From Minisyncoccota bacterium (GTDB lineage: Bacteria; Patescibacteriota; Minisyncoccia; Minisyncoccales; Minisyncoccaceae), in contig JBBACM010000001.1 of NCBI GenBank assembly GCA_041657045.1, forward strand, positions 13,259-77,258: 64,000 bases of DNA, in the 5' to 3' direction. The notes under the pieces are model-generated. The model did not search any database and was not told the DNA's origin. It saw only the letters and a program-made list of their open reading frames with translations. This document shows positions 17,616-27,252 of the stretch, in pieces; position 1 is the first letter of the stretch, and each line of letters starts with the position of its first letter. Position numbers and translations under genes: made by a program.

Positions 17616-18287
17616 ATGAACATTAACTATCTTTTAATCGCTGCAGCTTCTTATCTAATAGGCTCAATCCCTTTTGCCCTTTTATACATAAAACTTCTAC
17701 TGAATAAAGACATTAGAAGTTTCGGCTCAAAAAATACTGGAGCACTCAATGCCTTAAGAATTGCCTCGCATGAAAAAGGAAGGGCGTGGGGAGTAATTTC
17801 ATTTTTAATAGTTTTTTTCTTTGATGCTTTTAAAGGTGCAATAGCTGTTATCCTGGCAACTAATTTAATGCCGGAGAACACAATACTCTCCATAACTATC
17901 GCAACATTCTTTGCTATCTTGGGACACAATTATTCAATAATTCTTAACTTTAAAGGAGGCAGGGGAGCGGCTACCTTGGGCGGGATATTATTATATCTCA
18001 ATTGGCAGGTATTCCTCGGCTCGGTTATTACCATCCTTTGTTTTATGATTCTCGCCGAAGCGTTAGCGGGAAGAAGAATTTCCAAAAAATTCTTTAAAAA
18101 AGCTGTTTCCGACCAAATAATAGGAAGATTAATCGGAGAAGCATATGCCGTGTGGTGGATATATCTTTTTGACCAGACACTATTTTATCCTGCTCTTTTC
18201 GGAACAATGTTGGTAATTTTTTCCCACAAAGACAGATTAACTGATCAAATTAAAGAGATAAAAAATAAAGCATACTTAAATGGATGA
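17616..18287 (+). CDS. Divergent PlsY-family membrane acyltransferase paralog
   Basis: Motifs GSKNTGALN and FKGGRGAAT; the third PlsY motif is degenerate. Confidence 0.55.
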   Translation: MNINYLLIAAASYLIGSIPFALLYIKLLLNKDIRSFGSKNTGALNALRIASHEKGRAWGVISFLIVFFFDAFKGAIAVILATNLMPENTILSITIATFFAILGHNYSIILNFKGGRGAATLGGILLYLNWQVFLGSVITILCFMILAEALAGRRISKKFFKKAVSDQIIGRLIGEAYAVWWIYLFDQTLFYPALFGTMLVIFSHKDRLTDQIKEIKNKAYLNG

Positions 18288-18933
18288 AGCTATCCTTCCT
18301 ATCTTTCTATTAATCGACGCCTATCTTTTAGGCTCCATTCCTTCCGGGTATTTGATAACCAAATACACAACCAATAAAAACCTGCTGGAAATAGGATGGA
18401 AAAAGAATTCCGGCTCAAATGTTTTTAAAAATGTCGGATTATGGCAGGGAGTATTCACTTTCCTCCTCGATGTAGCAAAAGGATTTCTTGCTGTCTATCT
18501 GGCCAGATATTTCGGTTTCTCCGAATTATTCCAGGTTTTCTGCGGTGTTTTAGCAGTAACCGGGCATAATTGGTCTATCTTCCTCGGATTAAAGGGAGGA
18601 AGAGGTTTAGCCGCCCTGGCAGGAGCACTATTAGTAATCTCTCCCTTAGTTTTAGTTATTTCCTTGATTCCTTTCGTCGTTTTTACTATAATTTGGACAG
18701 GTTCGGTGGGAACCCTTTTATCATTTTTAGCTGCTATTATTTTTTCCTTTTCTTTTAAAGGCTACGAAATGGCCGGATTACTAATGTTAATCTCCTTTAT
18801 CCCCGTGATAATCAAGAGATTGAGCCCGATTAAAGAACTGATAAATAACCCGAAACAAAAGGAGCTGATTGAAAACCGCCTTATTTTTGACCAAGATACT
18901 GTCCCACCAATCAGGCTTAAACTAAAAAAATAA
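18280..18933 (+). CDS. Divergent PlsY-family membrane protein paralog (third copy)
   Basis: LGSIPSGYL..., NSGSNVFKN, LKGGRGLAAL. More diverged than the other two. Confidence 0.45.
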   Translation: MDEAILPIFLLIDAYLLGSIPSGYLITKYTTNKNLLEIGWKKNSGSNVFKNVGLWQGVFTFLLDVAKGFLAVYLARYFGFSELFQVFCGVLAVTGHNWSIFLGLKGGRGLAALAGALLVISPLVLVISLIPFVVFTIIWTGSVGTLLSFLAAIIFSFSFKGYEMAGLLMLISFIPVIIKRLSPIKELINNPKQKELIENRLIFDQDTVPPIRLKLKK

Positions 18934-18939
18934 AGACAA

Positions 18940-19012
18940 GCCCCCGTAGCTCAATCGGATAGAGTGCTGGTCTTCGGAACCAGTGGTGCGAGTTCGAGTC
19001 TTGCCGGGGGCA
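18940..19012 (+). tRNA. tRNA-Arg (anticodon TCG), no encoded CCA
   Basis: Acceptor GCCCCCG/CGGGGGC, D-arm GCTC-AATCGGATA-GAGT, anticodon loop CTTCGGA, T-arm GCGAG-TTCGAGT-CTTGC. Confidence 0.75.
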
Positions 19013-19076
19013 CAAAACAGCTTGATTTTTTATAAAAAACAGGATATACTCCAGACACATAACAAAGTCAATTAAC

Positions 19077-19469
19077 ATGCTTAGAACAAAGACAAAAAGA
19101 CTAATCTTTGCTTCCGTATTGTTTTTTTTGTTTATAAGCTTTATGCCTGCTTTTGCCGCCTTGGTTACCTGCGGCAACGAAGGTCAGCCAGCTTGTACTC
19201 TAGATAACATGTTCGAAACATTGGTTAATGTGATTAATTTTGTTCTGTACGACATTGTTCCTCCATTGGCCGCATTCGGATTCGCCATGGCCGCGGTCAC
19301 TATGATGACTTCTAACGGAGATCCTGGCAAGTTCAAGCAGGGCAAAGACGCTATGATTACCATCGGAATAGGATTAATAATAATCTATCTCGCCTGGTTT
19401 ATAGTAAGCAGCTTCATTGAATTCTTAGGAGGAAAAGAGTGGACATTACAGTTTTTCAACAAGGAGTAA
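19077..19469 (+). CDS. VirB2/TrbC-like pilin (T4SS-type pilin): signal peptide plus two hydrophobic helices separated by a charged GDPGKFKQGKD loop
   Basis: Signal peptide ending AFA|A, the characteristic helix-loop-helix topology, and two N-terminal Cys. Shares its core module with the pilin-fusion genes at 26.2-31.0 kb. Confidence 0.55.
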   Translation: MLRTKTKRLIFASVLFFLFISFMPAFAALVTCGNEGQPACTLDNMFETLVNVINFVLYDIVPPLAAFGFAMAAVTMMTSNGDPGKFKQGKDAMITIGIGLIIIYLAWFIVSSFIEFLGGKEWTLQFFNKE

Positions 19470-19475
19470 AAATTG

Positions 19476-19547
19476 CCCCGTTAGCTCAGTTGGTAGAGCA
19501 GGAAGCTCTTAACTTCAAGGTCGTGGGTTCGAGTCCCTCACGGGGCA
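19476..19547 (+). tRNA. tRNA-Lys (anticodon CTT), no encoded CCA
   Basis: Acceptor GCCCCGT/ACGGGGC, D-arm GCTC-AGTTGGTA-GAGC, anticodon loop CTCTTAA, T-loop TTCGAGT. Confidence 0.7.
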
Positions 19548-19575
19548 CAGAAATATACAGTAATAATATAAACAT

Positions 19576-19842
19576 ATGTTAACAACAGAAGAAAAAACAA
19601 AAATTGTCAGCAAAAACAAGGTTCATGAAACGGATACCGGCTCAGCCGAAGTCCAAGTTGCCTTGTTAAGTGAAGAAATACAAAAACTCTTGGAGCATTT
19701 AAAAAAACAGAAAAAAGATGTGAGCTCAAAGAGGGGGCTGTTAAAAATGGTTTCGAAAAGAAGAAAGCTCTTGAAATTTCTTGAAAGAACAAACGAAAAT
19801 TCATACAAGGAGCTGACTAAGAAGATGGGATTAAAGGCATAA
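19576..19842 (+). CDS. rpsO: 30S ribosomal protein S15
   Basis: S15 family sequence; rpsO-pnp gene order. Confidence 0.9.
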   Translation: MLTTEEKTKIVSKNKVHETDTGSAEVQVALLSEEIQKLLEHLKKQKKDVSSKRGLLKMVSKRRKLLKFLERTNENSYKELTKKMGLKA

Positions 19843-19844
19843 TT

Positions 19845-21959
19845 ATGAAGACAGAATCTTTCAAGCTAAACATAGATAATAAGGTCTTAGAAGTAGAATT
19901 CAAAAATCTCGCCGAAAGAGCGAACAGTTCTGTTTTTATAAAACACGGAGAAACATGCCTCATGGCGACTGTCGTCATGAGCAAGAATGAAATCGAGGGA
20001 ATCGATTTTTTTCCTTTAACTGTTGCTTATGAAGAAAGATACTACGCCGTAGGGAGAATCTTGGGTTCACGCTTTATGAAAAGAGAGGGAAGACCGAGCG
20101 AACAATCCATCCTCACTTCAAGGCTGATTGACAGGGCAATAAGACCCTTGTTTCCTGCCGACTTTAGAAGAGATGTTCAAATTATAATCACCTGCCTATC
20201 TTGGGACAAAGAAAGCGATTTAGCCTGTTTGGGATTAATAGCCGCCTCAATACTTCTTTCGACCTCGGATATCCCCTGGAATGGACCGGTTGCTCCAGTA
20301 AGAATAGGAATGAGAGAAGGTAAAATGGTTGCTTTCCCGACTTTTGCAGAAAGAGAATCCGGCTCTTTAGATTTATTATTGTCAGGATTAAAAACCGAAT
20401 CAAAAAAAGAAATCCTTATTAATATGATTGAAGCCGGGATGAAAGAAGTGACAGAGGAAGATGTGTTAAAGGCCGTTGAACTGGCTGATAAATACCACAA
20501 GGACATTCTTGATTTTGAAGAAGAAATTGCAAGCAAGATGGGAAAAGAAAAAATCGTTCCTGCTATTTCTATAAAAGACGAAGAAGTTGAAAAAGAGGTC
20601 ACCGATTTACTATCAGGCAGAGTTCAAAATATTTTAAAAAAAGACAGCGAAGAGGATTTACATAAAATTAGGGAAGAGCTATCAGAAAATTTAAAAAAAC
20701 ACGAAGACCCTAAAAAAATAAAATACGGATTCTCTTTCTTCGAAAAGGAAACAGAAAAAATTATTCACGAAAGCGTAATTGAGAAGGGGATAAGGTTCGA
20801 CGGAAGAAAATCTGACGAACTCAGAGAAATATCTTGCGACGTTGCCGTAATTCCCAGAGTTCATGGAACAGGATTATTCTGTCGAGGAGAAACAAGAGTC
20901 TTGTCTTTCTTGACTTTAGGTTCCCCCGGAGACCAAAAAATATTTGAAGAAATGGAAATGGAAGGAAAAAAGAGATTTATGCACCACTACAATTTCCCGC
21001 CTTCTTGCGTAGGAGAAACTGGACCGCTAAGAGGACCTGGAAGAAGAGAGATAGGGCATGGAATGCTTGGAGAAAAAGCATTAAAAAATATGATTCCTGA
21101 AGCGGAAAAATTCCCTTATACGATAAGGGTCGTTTCCGAAGTTTTATGCTCTAATGGCTCTTCTTCAATGGCTTCAACCTGTGCTGCATGCTTGGCTTTA
21201 ATGGATGGGGGAGTTCCCATTAAAAACCCCGTTTCCGGAATCGCCATGGGGCTGATGATGGAAATGGACGATTCTAAAAGCACTGAAGATAAAAAATACC
21301 TTATCCTAACCGATGTCCAAGGAGAAGAGGACCATTATGGAGATATGGATTTTAAAGTCACTGGAACCAAAAATGGCATTACTGCCTTACAAATGGACTT
21401 AAAGGTAAGGGGAATAACTAAAAAAATAATTAAAGAATCTTTAGAGCAATCGAAGAAAGCAAGACTTGAAATATTGAAAAAAATGACTGAAGTTTTGCCT
21501 GAGCCGAGAAAAGAATTATCGCCCAATGCTCCAAGAATATATATCATTAAAATCAGGCCTGACCAAATCGGAGATGTTATCGGCACTGGCGGCAAAATCA
21601 TTAACGAAATCATTGATGAATGCGATGTCTTAATAGATATTGAGGACACAGGCGAAGTCTTCATTACCGCCGACAATGAAGAGAAAGCCAAAAAAGCTCT
21701 TGAGTGGATTAACAGCCTCACAAGAGAAATAAAGGTAGGAGAAATATTTGAAGGAAAAATTAAAAGAATCCTAGACTTCGGTGCCTTTGCCGAAATTCTT
21801 CCAGGACAAGAAGGCATGATTCACATATCCCAATTAGCCAATCAGAGAGTTGCAAAAGTTACTGACATTGTAAATCTCGGCGATATTGTTCCAGTTAAGG
21901 TTATATCTATTGACGAACAAGGTAGAATTAATCTATCATTAAAAGAGGCGAAGAAATAA
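19845..21959 (+). CDS. pnp: Polyribonucleotide nucleotidyltransferase (PNPase)
   Basis: Two RNase PH domains plus KH and S1 C-terminal domains. Confidence 0.9.
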   Translation: MKTESFKLNIDNKVLEVEFKNLAERANSSVFIKHGETCLMATVVMSKNEIEGIDFFPLTVAYEERYYAVGRILGSRFMKREGRPSEQSILTSRLIDRAIRPLFPADFRRDVQIIITCLSWDKESDLACLGLIAASILLSTSDIPWNGPVAPVRIGMREGKMVAFPTFAERESGSLDLLLSGLKTESKKEILINMIEAGMKEVTEEDVLKAVELADKYHKDILDFEEEIASKMGKEKIVPAISIKDEEVEKEVTDLLSGRVQNILKKDSEEDLHKIREELSENLKKHEDPKKIKYGFSFFEKETEKIIHESVIEKGIRFDGRKSDELREISCDVAVIPRVHGTGLFCRGETRVLSFLTLGSPGDQKIFEEMEMEGKKRFMHHYNFPPSCVGETGPLRGPGRREIGHGMLGEKALKNMIPEAEKFPYTIRVVSEVLCSNGSSSMASTCAACLALMDGGVPIKNPVSGIAMGLMMEMDDSKSTEDKKYLILTDVQGEEDHYGDMDFKVTGTKNGITALQMDLKVRGITKKIIKESLEQSKKARLEILKKMTEVLPEPRKELSPNAPRIYIIKIRPDQIGDVIGTGGKIINEIIDECDVLIDIEDTGEVFITADNEEKAKKALEWINSLTREIKVGEIFEGKIKRILDFGAFAEILPGQEGMIHISQLANQRVAKVTDIVNLGDIVPVKVISIDEQGRINLSLKEAKK

Positions 21960-22004
21960 TTTCACAAAATTCACCTTTTCATTTAAACATTCATCTCTTA
22001 TATT

Positions 22005-23567
22005 ATGGAAGAACTTCTTTTAGACAAAGAACAAATTAGGACAATGAAAAAAGACATGCGGGAAGCCGAGGGGGTCATGGTTTATCCGGCAGAAAAAGAA
22101 CAAACAATTAACTTGTCTTTAGATATCGGTGACTCTATTGAAAAAAGCAGCCCCAATCTTGACATTAAAAAATCTAAGGCAGAAAAAAATAATCAGAAAC
22201 AAGAAAAGCTGCCACCAGATAATGAACTTATGATTATTAAAGATAAGGTTAATCTTGCAATCGAAAAATCGCCAAAAAATATTGACCCTGCCGTCGAGCA
22301 AGAAAAATTAAAAGCCGAAAATCTCGCCCGCGAACTGGCTCTTTTAAGTAACGAAAGTAAAGACATTATTAAAGAACAAGTCTTACAAGAAGGGTCAGGA
22401 AAATCTCCTATAATAGAAAAAATTGCTACTGAAGAAACTTATCAAGAGCCTGCTCCAAAGCCTGATTTAATCATTCCCGAACCTGCCCCTGAGGTAATCG
22501 AACCAAAAGAACCTCTCGTGGAAGAGCCTGCTCCAAAACCTGATTTAATCATTCCCGAACCTGCCCCTGAGGTAATCGAACCTAAAAAACCCCAAGAAGA
22601 ACTGCCTAGTGCATTAGAATTAGGGCTTGAAGATCCAGAAGAAAAAGAAATCCCGATGGCTAAAGATCTAGAGCTGGAAGAAAAAACCGAAAAACCAGCT
22701 ATTGAAAAAGAAGTGGAAGTAGTTGACGAAAATGAAGCTAAGTTGGAAAGGATAGCCGAACAGAGCCTTGAACTTGAAGAAAAGATGAGAAAAATAAAGG
22801 ATGAAAACGCTCCCTTCGAAAAAAGAAAAAAAGAAATAGAAGAAGAAATAAGTAATATTAAGAAAAAGCTTGATTTAGTCCTCGAAAGAAAAATAAAAAT
22901 AGACGAAATCAAAAAGACTATTGAAGAAAAAGAGGCTTTGGCTAAAACTCCTGAAGAAAAAAGGGCTATTGAAAAAGAAAGGTGGAGAACTGAAGACGAC
23001 AGGAATTCTATCGAAAAAGAAAAGGATGAAAAAGAAGACGAAATAAAATCATTAAGACTCCAGCTAAGAGAGTGCGATTTGAACGCAGAAAAAATAACAG
23101 CTGCCGAAAAAGAAATAGCTCAAGACCTTGAGATACTAAAAAGAGATAGAGATAAAATAATCCTCGGACAAACTAAACAGGATTTAGAAAAAAGACTCAA
23201 GCCTCTTGAAGATGAAATAGAAAATATAAAAAGGGGGATGTTCGAGAACACAAAAATGAAAGACAAGTTAGACAAGACCCTAAATGATGTGCAGCTTAAA
23301 GAAAAATCAACAGAAGAAGAAATAAAATTGCTTGAGAAAAGGCAAAATGAAACCAAAGATGAAGTAATTTTACGCGACATTGAAACCAGAAGAAGAAACA
23401 TAGAAGAAAACAGGAGACAAATGGAAAAAGAAAGGTGGGATATCGAAGATAGAACGGCAGACTTGGAAGAAAAAAGAAAAATAATAAAGAAAAATTACCA
23501 AGAAGTAGCCAGCCAGGCAAGACAAATAAAAGCCGACCTCGTAGAAATAGAAGAAAAACTCAAATAA
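22005..23567 (+). CDS. Glu/Lys-rich coiled-coil protein with a tandemly repeated Pro-rich segment (EPAPKPDLIIPEPAPEVIEPK, 2 copies)
   Basis: 59-nt units at 22446-22504 and 22524-22582 with a 78-nt period. The rest is predicted coiled coil. Confidence 0.5.
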   Translation: MEELLLDKEQIRTMKKDMREAEGVMVYPAEKEQTINLSLDIGDSIEKSSPNLDIKKSKAEKNNQKQEKLPPDNELMIIKDKVNLAIEKSPKNIDPAVEQEKLKAENLARELALLSNESKDIIKEQVLQEGSGKSPIIEKIATEETYQEPAPKPDLIIPEPAPEVIEPKEPLVEEPAPKPDLIIPEPAPEVIEPKKPQEELPSALELGLEDPEEKEIPMAKDLELEEKTEKPAIEKEVEVVDENEAKLERIAEQSLELEEKMRKIKDENAPFEKRKKEIEEEISNIKKKLDLVLERKIKIDEIKKTIEEKEALAKTPEEKRAIEKERWRTEDDRNSIEKEKDEKEDEIKSLRLQLRECDLNAEKITAAEKEIAQDLEILKRDRDKIILGQTKQDLEKRLKPLEDEIENIKRGMFENTKMKDKLDKTLNDVQLKEKSTEEEIKLLEKRQNETKDEVILRDIETRRRNIEENRRQMEKERWDIEDRTADLEEKRKIIKKNYQEVASQARQIKADLVEIEEKLK

Positions 23568-23571
23568 AAAT

Positions 23572-23667
23572 ATGACCAAAAAACCAACTACTCTTTCTAA
23601 GATATTGGTTAGGCTGGCCATAGTCTTGATAATCTTATTTATTATTTTCTTAATTTTTAAAAAATAA
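23572..23667 (+). CDS. Possible 31-aa hydrophobic micro-protein (MTKKPTTLSKILVRLAIVLIILFIIFLIFKK)
   Basis: Manual translation; a single TM helix. Below the ORF-track length cutoff. Confidence 0.25.
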   Translation: MTKKPTTLSKILVRLAIVLIILFIIFLIFKK

Positions 23668-23672
23668 ACTAT

Positions 23673-24059
23673 ATGACTCCAGAATTCATAGCTCAAAGAA
23701 AAGAAGACCTACTAAAAAAGAAAGCTGCCCTTGAAGAAGAATTAAAAACCTTTGCCGACAAGAAAGAAGGGGATAATTGGCAGACTCAGTACCCAAAAAT
23801 GAATGAAAGTGAAGAAGATAAGGTTGACGAGGTTGAGGAATATGTGAATCTTCTTCCAGTCGAACACTCTATGGAAGAAAATCTTAAAAACGTTAATCTC
23901 GCTTTAGAAAAAATAGAAAATGGGACATATGGCAAATGTGAAAACTGCGGATGCGATTGCAATATTCCGGAAGAAAGGTTAATCGCCATTCCAGAAGCAC
24001 AGACTTGTAATAATTGCGAAGAGTGCCATTGTGAAGATTGTAAAAAAGAAGGGGAGTAG
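23673..24059 (+). CDS. DksA/TraR-family C4 zinc-finger protein
   Basis: C-terminal CxxC-x17-CxxC (CENCG...CNNC) after a coiled-coil region. Confidence 0.65.
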   Translation: MTPEFIAQRKEDLLKKKAALEEELKTFADKKEGDNWQTQYPKMNESEEDKVDEVEEYVNLLPVEHSMEENLKNVNLALEKIENGTYGKCENCGCDCNIPEERLIAIPEAQTCNNCEECHCEDCKKEGE

Positions 24060-24087
24060 CCCTTCTTTTTATTTCCCCGTATCTATT

Positions 24088-24118
24088 GAAAAACTGAACC
24101 TTTGTTCAGTTTATTTAG
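24088..24118. terminator. Bidirectional intrinsic terminator between convergent genes: AAACTGAAC-cttt-GTTCAGTTT followed by a T-run
   Basis: 9-bp perfect stem with A/T tracts on both sides. Confidence 0.6.
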
Positions 24119-25116
24119 TATGAAATTTTACTTCCTCTGCCGAATATGGCTGATAAAGGATTAGCAGCTCCTCTAGTTTCGAAGTGAAGATGTGATCCGG
24201 TTCCTCCCGAACCTCTTACCACATGCCCGGTATTCCCCATGTATCCTATAGTCTGGCCCTGAGAGACATTAACGCCCGCCTCTATTCCATTAGCAATAAA
24301 GCTCAAATGAGCATATAGGGTCACAACGCCATTCGGATGAAGAATAGTAATATAGTTACCATAGGGCCATCTATTCTTAGCAATCTGAATTTCTCCGCCG
24401 GCAGCAGCCACGACCGGAGTTCCAATAGCATTAGAAATATCAATAGAAGTATAATAGGCTTTACCGTTTGAACTGTATGAATAATGTGCTCCCTGAGAAA
24501 CGGTTCCTACGGTTGGAACGATAAAGTAAGAATTTGGTAGAGTGACCTGGGCGTAGCTCTGACTTGGAGTTGTTGTCGTAGTGGGAACGGCTTGCTTGGG
24601 CATCTTTCCATTAGGAACAATCAAAACATCTCCGATAAACACGTCTCCGCTTGAAGGCAAATCATTATAACTGACTATCTCATCTTTTTTGGCGCCATAT
24701 TTTTTGGCAATGGCATCTATGCTTTCGCCTTTCTCAACCATATGGATAATCCCGCTGACCGGTAAAATTAAAAGCTCTTGGCCGACTTGAATTTTGGTGT
24801 TATCCAATTCGTTGGCCAAGAGTATGGTGTCTATCGATATATTATATTTATCTGCTATGGTTGATAAAGTTTCCCCTTTTTCAACCGTGTATTTAATAAT
24901 ATCTTTTGATGCCGTTTCTTCATCAAACACTGAGCCCAAAGTCTGTGAAGAAACAAAAAGGGGAGAAGGCAAGGCACTTAAAATATTTCCCTGTTGAATT
25001 ATCAAATTATTAGTAATTGGCTGAAAAGCTGATTCAATGCTTAAAAAGTTATTTTGGAGCTTTAAAATGGCCTGTTTGCCTCTGGATTCTCCGTTACCTA
25101 TAAAGATAATGCTCAA
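24115..25116 (-). CDS. Secreted M23 (lysostaphin-like) peptidase with two LysM domains
   Basis: N-terminal signal peptide, LysM repeats (DTILLANEL..., DEIVSYNDL...), and the M23 HxH / GTGSHLHFE active-site region. Confidence 0.8.
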   Translation of the reverse strand: MSIIFIGNGESRGKQAILKLQNNFLSIESAFQPITNNLIIQQGNILSALPSPLFVSSQTLGSVFDEETASKDIIKYTVEKGETLSTIADKYNISIDTILLANELDNTKIQVGQELLILPVSGIIHMVEKGESIDAIAKKYGAKKDEIVSYNDLPSSGDVFIGDVLIVPNGKMPKQAVPTTTTTPSQSYAQVTLPNSYFIVPTVGTVSQGAHYSYSSNGKAYYTSIDISNAIGTPVVAAAGGEIQIAKNRWPYGNYITILHPNGVVTLYAHLSFIANGIEAGVNVSQGQTIGYMGNTGHVVRGSGGTGSHLHFETRGAANPLSAIFGRGSKISY

Positions 25117-25347
25117 AACGCAGAAAACAGCGAAAAAAGCCCAAAAAAGCCTTTTTTTACCTAATTTATTAATAATATTTGAAATTTTGTTTTTAGTTTT
25201 AATAAGCCAGAGTTACAGGGTTTCTGTTTAAAATCCTGCAGTTTAATCAATCCTTGAAATTCAAGTATTATATACATTTTAGACCCATATATGCATATGT
25301 CAAGGCGGTTCTCCACAGCAAAATGCTAACTCCAAGCACTCGACTTA

Positions 25348-26190
25348 ATGGGTGCATACGGATATAATAAACGGGATATGATTAGATATAAACGAGACGA
25401 AAACAGTCAACAGCCGAGACTCAAAAAAAGCCTTGGACAGAACCTCTTAAAGGATAAAAACCAGATTAGAAAAATCATGGAATTTTCCGGTATCGGTAAG
25501 AAAGATACCATTTTGGAGATAGGGCCGGGAACCGGAGCTTTAACGTTAGAAATGGCCCCAAAAGTCAAAAAGGTTGTTTGTATCGAAAAAGATGAAGGAA
25601 TGGTTTTATCCCTAAAGAACACCATAAAAGAAAAAGGAATTAAAAATGTCGACATTATTAATGAAGATATTCTTTCTTTTTTCAAAAAAGAAAAGCTTGA
25701 TGTCCCAAAGCTTAAAAAATATAAAGTTGTTGCTAATATCCCTTACTATCTGACTTCTTTTCTGATTAGGAATCTTTTGGAAATAAAAAACTTGCCAGAA
25801 GATATCTTTTTAATTATTCAAAAGGAGGTAGGGGAGAGAATCTGCTCCAAGCCAGGAGATATGTCTATACTTTCGGTTGCCGTTCAATATTATGCATCGC
25901 CCAAGATATTATTCGTTATTCCTCGAGGCTGTTTTGTCCCGTCGCCAAAAGTAGACAGTGTTTTGATAAGAATAACCCCAAAAGGAACTGCTAAAAATGA
26001 AAAATTCTTCAAGCTGGTTAGGGCTGGTTTTGCTCACCCTCGAAAACAGTTGATCGGCAACCTCAATAAAGAATTAAAAATAGATAGAGAATTTATTAAA
26101 AAATGGCTCCTTGATAATAATCTGAAGCCAGGAGAGAGAGCTGAGGTTTTATCTTTAGAGCAATGGAAAAATTTATCTTCTTTTTTATAA
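25348..26190 (+). CDS. rsmA: 16S rRNA (adenine1518/1519-N6) dimethyltransferase RsmA/KsgA
   Basis: SLGQNLL..., the SAM-binding EIGPGTGALT motif, and the NIPY motif. Confidence 0.85.
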   Translation: MGAYGYNKRDMIRYKRDENSQQPRLKKSLGQNLLKDKNQIRKIMEFSGIGKKDTILEIGPGTGALTLEMAPKVKKVVCIEKDEGMVLSLKNTIKEKGIKNVDIINEDILSFFKKEKLDVPKLKKYKVVANIPYYLTSFLIRNLLEIKNLPEDIFLIIQKEVGERICSKPGDMSILSVAVQYYASPKILFVIPRGCFVPSPKVDSVLIRITPKGTAKNEKFFKLVRAGFAHPRKQLIGNLNKELKIDREFIKKWLLDNNLKPGERAEVLSLEQWKNLSSFL

Positions 26191-26210
26191 ACAACTATTT
26201 TAAAATACTT

Positions 26211-27251
26211 CTATTCTTCTCTGTATAGAGAAAAAGTCATATATGAAAAGGGCTTAATCGGACTTTTTTCACTTGCATTATAGATGTAGCTATACTTAAT
26301 CGTATTGATACAATTAGAAGCACTTCCAGTAAAAAACTGGCATTGGCCTAACGCATTCTTATCCTTATCCTTAAAAAGAATTGCCGTTCCCGGATTAACC
26401 TCAACAGACAAAACATCTCCGACGAAATCCTTGCAAGAATCTTTAATGTTTGTAAACTCCGACACTGAACTAATCGTACAAACGCTTGTTTTTTCTTCTT
26501 GTTTGCCATATTCATCACTTCTCTTCTTGCAGTTTATATTATTGTACAATTTAACAGCGGGGGAGCCGTCAGCCGTCTCAAAAACGATAATAGAAGAAAG
26601 GGTGTCTTTGCCTATCGGAGGATTATTTTCACCTGCGTTAGAAGCTCCAAGATTATCGCTATTGCTTAAAAGATATGAACAATTTCCTTCCATATCTCCT
26701 TCAGGAAAAAGAACTGCACCGTATCCATAATTTTCCCCGTTGACGAATTCTATCGACTTAACCTTCCTCTCAAAACCCTCATTTATCAAAGAAGCTTTTG
26801 ATGATTTTAAAACCAAGGAATCTCCGTCGTCCTTATAGAGATAAACTCCTGTTGGTTTAACTGTTTCGTATGTTTGGCTTGACTTTGGCTCTTTACTCAA
26901 ATCATCTATTTTTATAATCGCAAGTTCTGGATTTATAGTATTCAATATCATAAAAGAAGCTAAAAGTATGACTGTGCCCAAAAGAGTGTCTTGGATTTTC
27001 TTTTTTGCACCCTCTATTTTGGATGGATCACCTCTTGAATTAACATAATCAATGCCGGCAACTATAATCATTACCGTGGCCACAATCGTTCCGATGGCTA
27101 TGGTTAAATTGAAAAAATAGACGACGAAATCAGATGCGGTTGCATTTTGAGGAATGCCGGCAATAACCGGTATTTTAATTGCGGCATATGCAGGAAAAGA
27201 AACGATTAATCCTGCAACGACCGAAAAAACTATTTTTTTTATTTTATTCAT
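26211..27251 (-). CDS. Pilin-domain fusion protein A (346 aa): signal peptide, VirB2/TrbC-like two-helix module, Cys-containing ectodomain
   Basis: N-terminal module VVYFFNLTIAIG...IIVAGI...RGDPSKIEGAKKKI...LLG...LNTINPEL, shared with the two upstream paralogs and with the 19077 pilin. Confidence 0.55.
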   Translation of the reverse strand: MNKIKKIVFSVVAGLIVSFPAYAAIKIPVIAGIPQNATASDFVVYFFNLTIAIGTIVATVMIIVAGIDYVNSRGDPSKIEGAKKKIQDTLLGTVILLASFMILNTINPELAIIKIDDLSKEPKSSQTYETVKPTGVYLYKDDGDSLVLKSSKASLINEGFERKVKSIEFVNGENYGYGAVLFPEGDMEGNCSYLLSNSDNLGASNAGENNPPIGKDTLSSIIVFETADGSPAVKLYNNINCKKRSDEYGKQEEKTSVCTISSVSEFTNIKDSCKDFVGDVLSVEVNPGTAILFKDKDKNALGQCQFFTGSASNCINTIKYSYIYNASEKSPIKPFSYMTFSLYREE

Positions 27252-27252
27252 T

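Noticed and set aside
18917-19177. Minus-strand 86-aa ORF
   Set aside because: It overlaps tRNA-Arg and the VirB2-like pilin gene on the opposite strand.
22442-22912. Minus-strand 156-aa Ser/Gly-rich ORF
   Set aside because: It is antisense to the coiled-coil gene's Glu/Pro repeat (GAA/CCT-rich sequence gives Ser/Gly-rich antisense frames).
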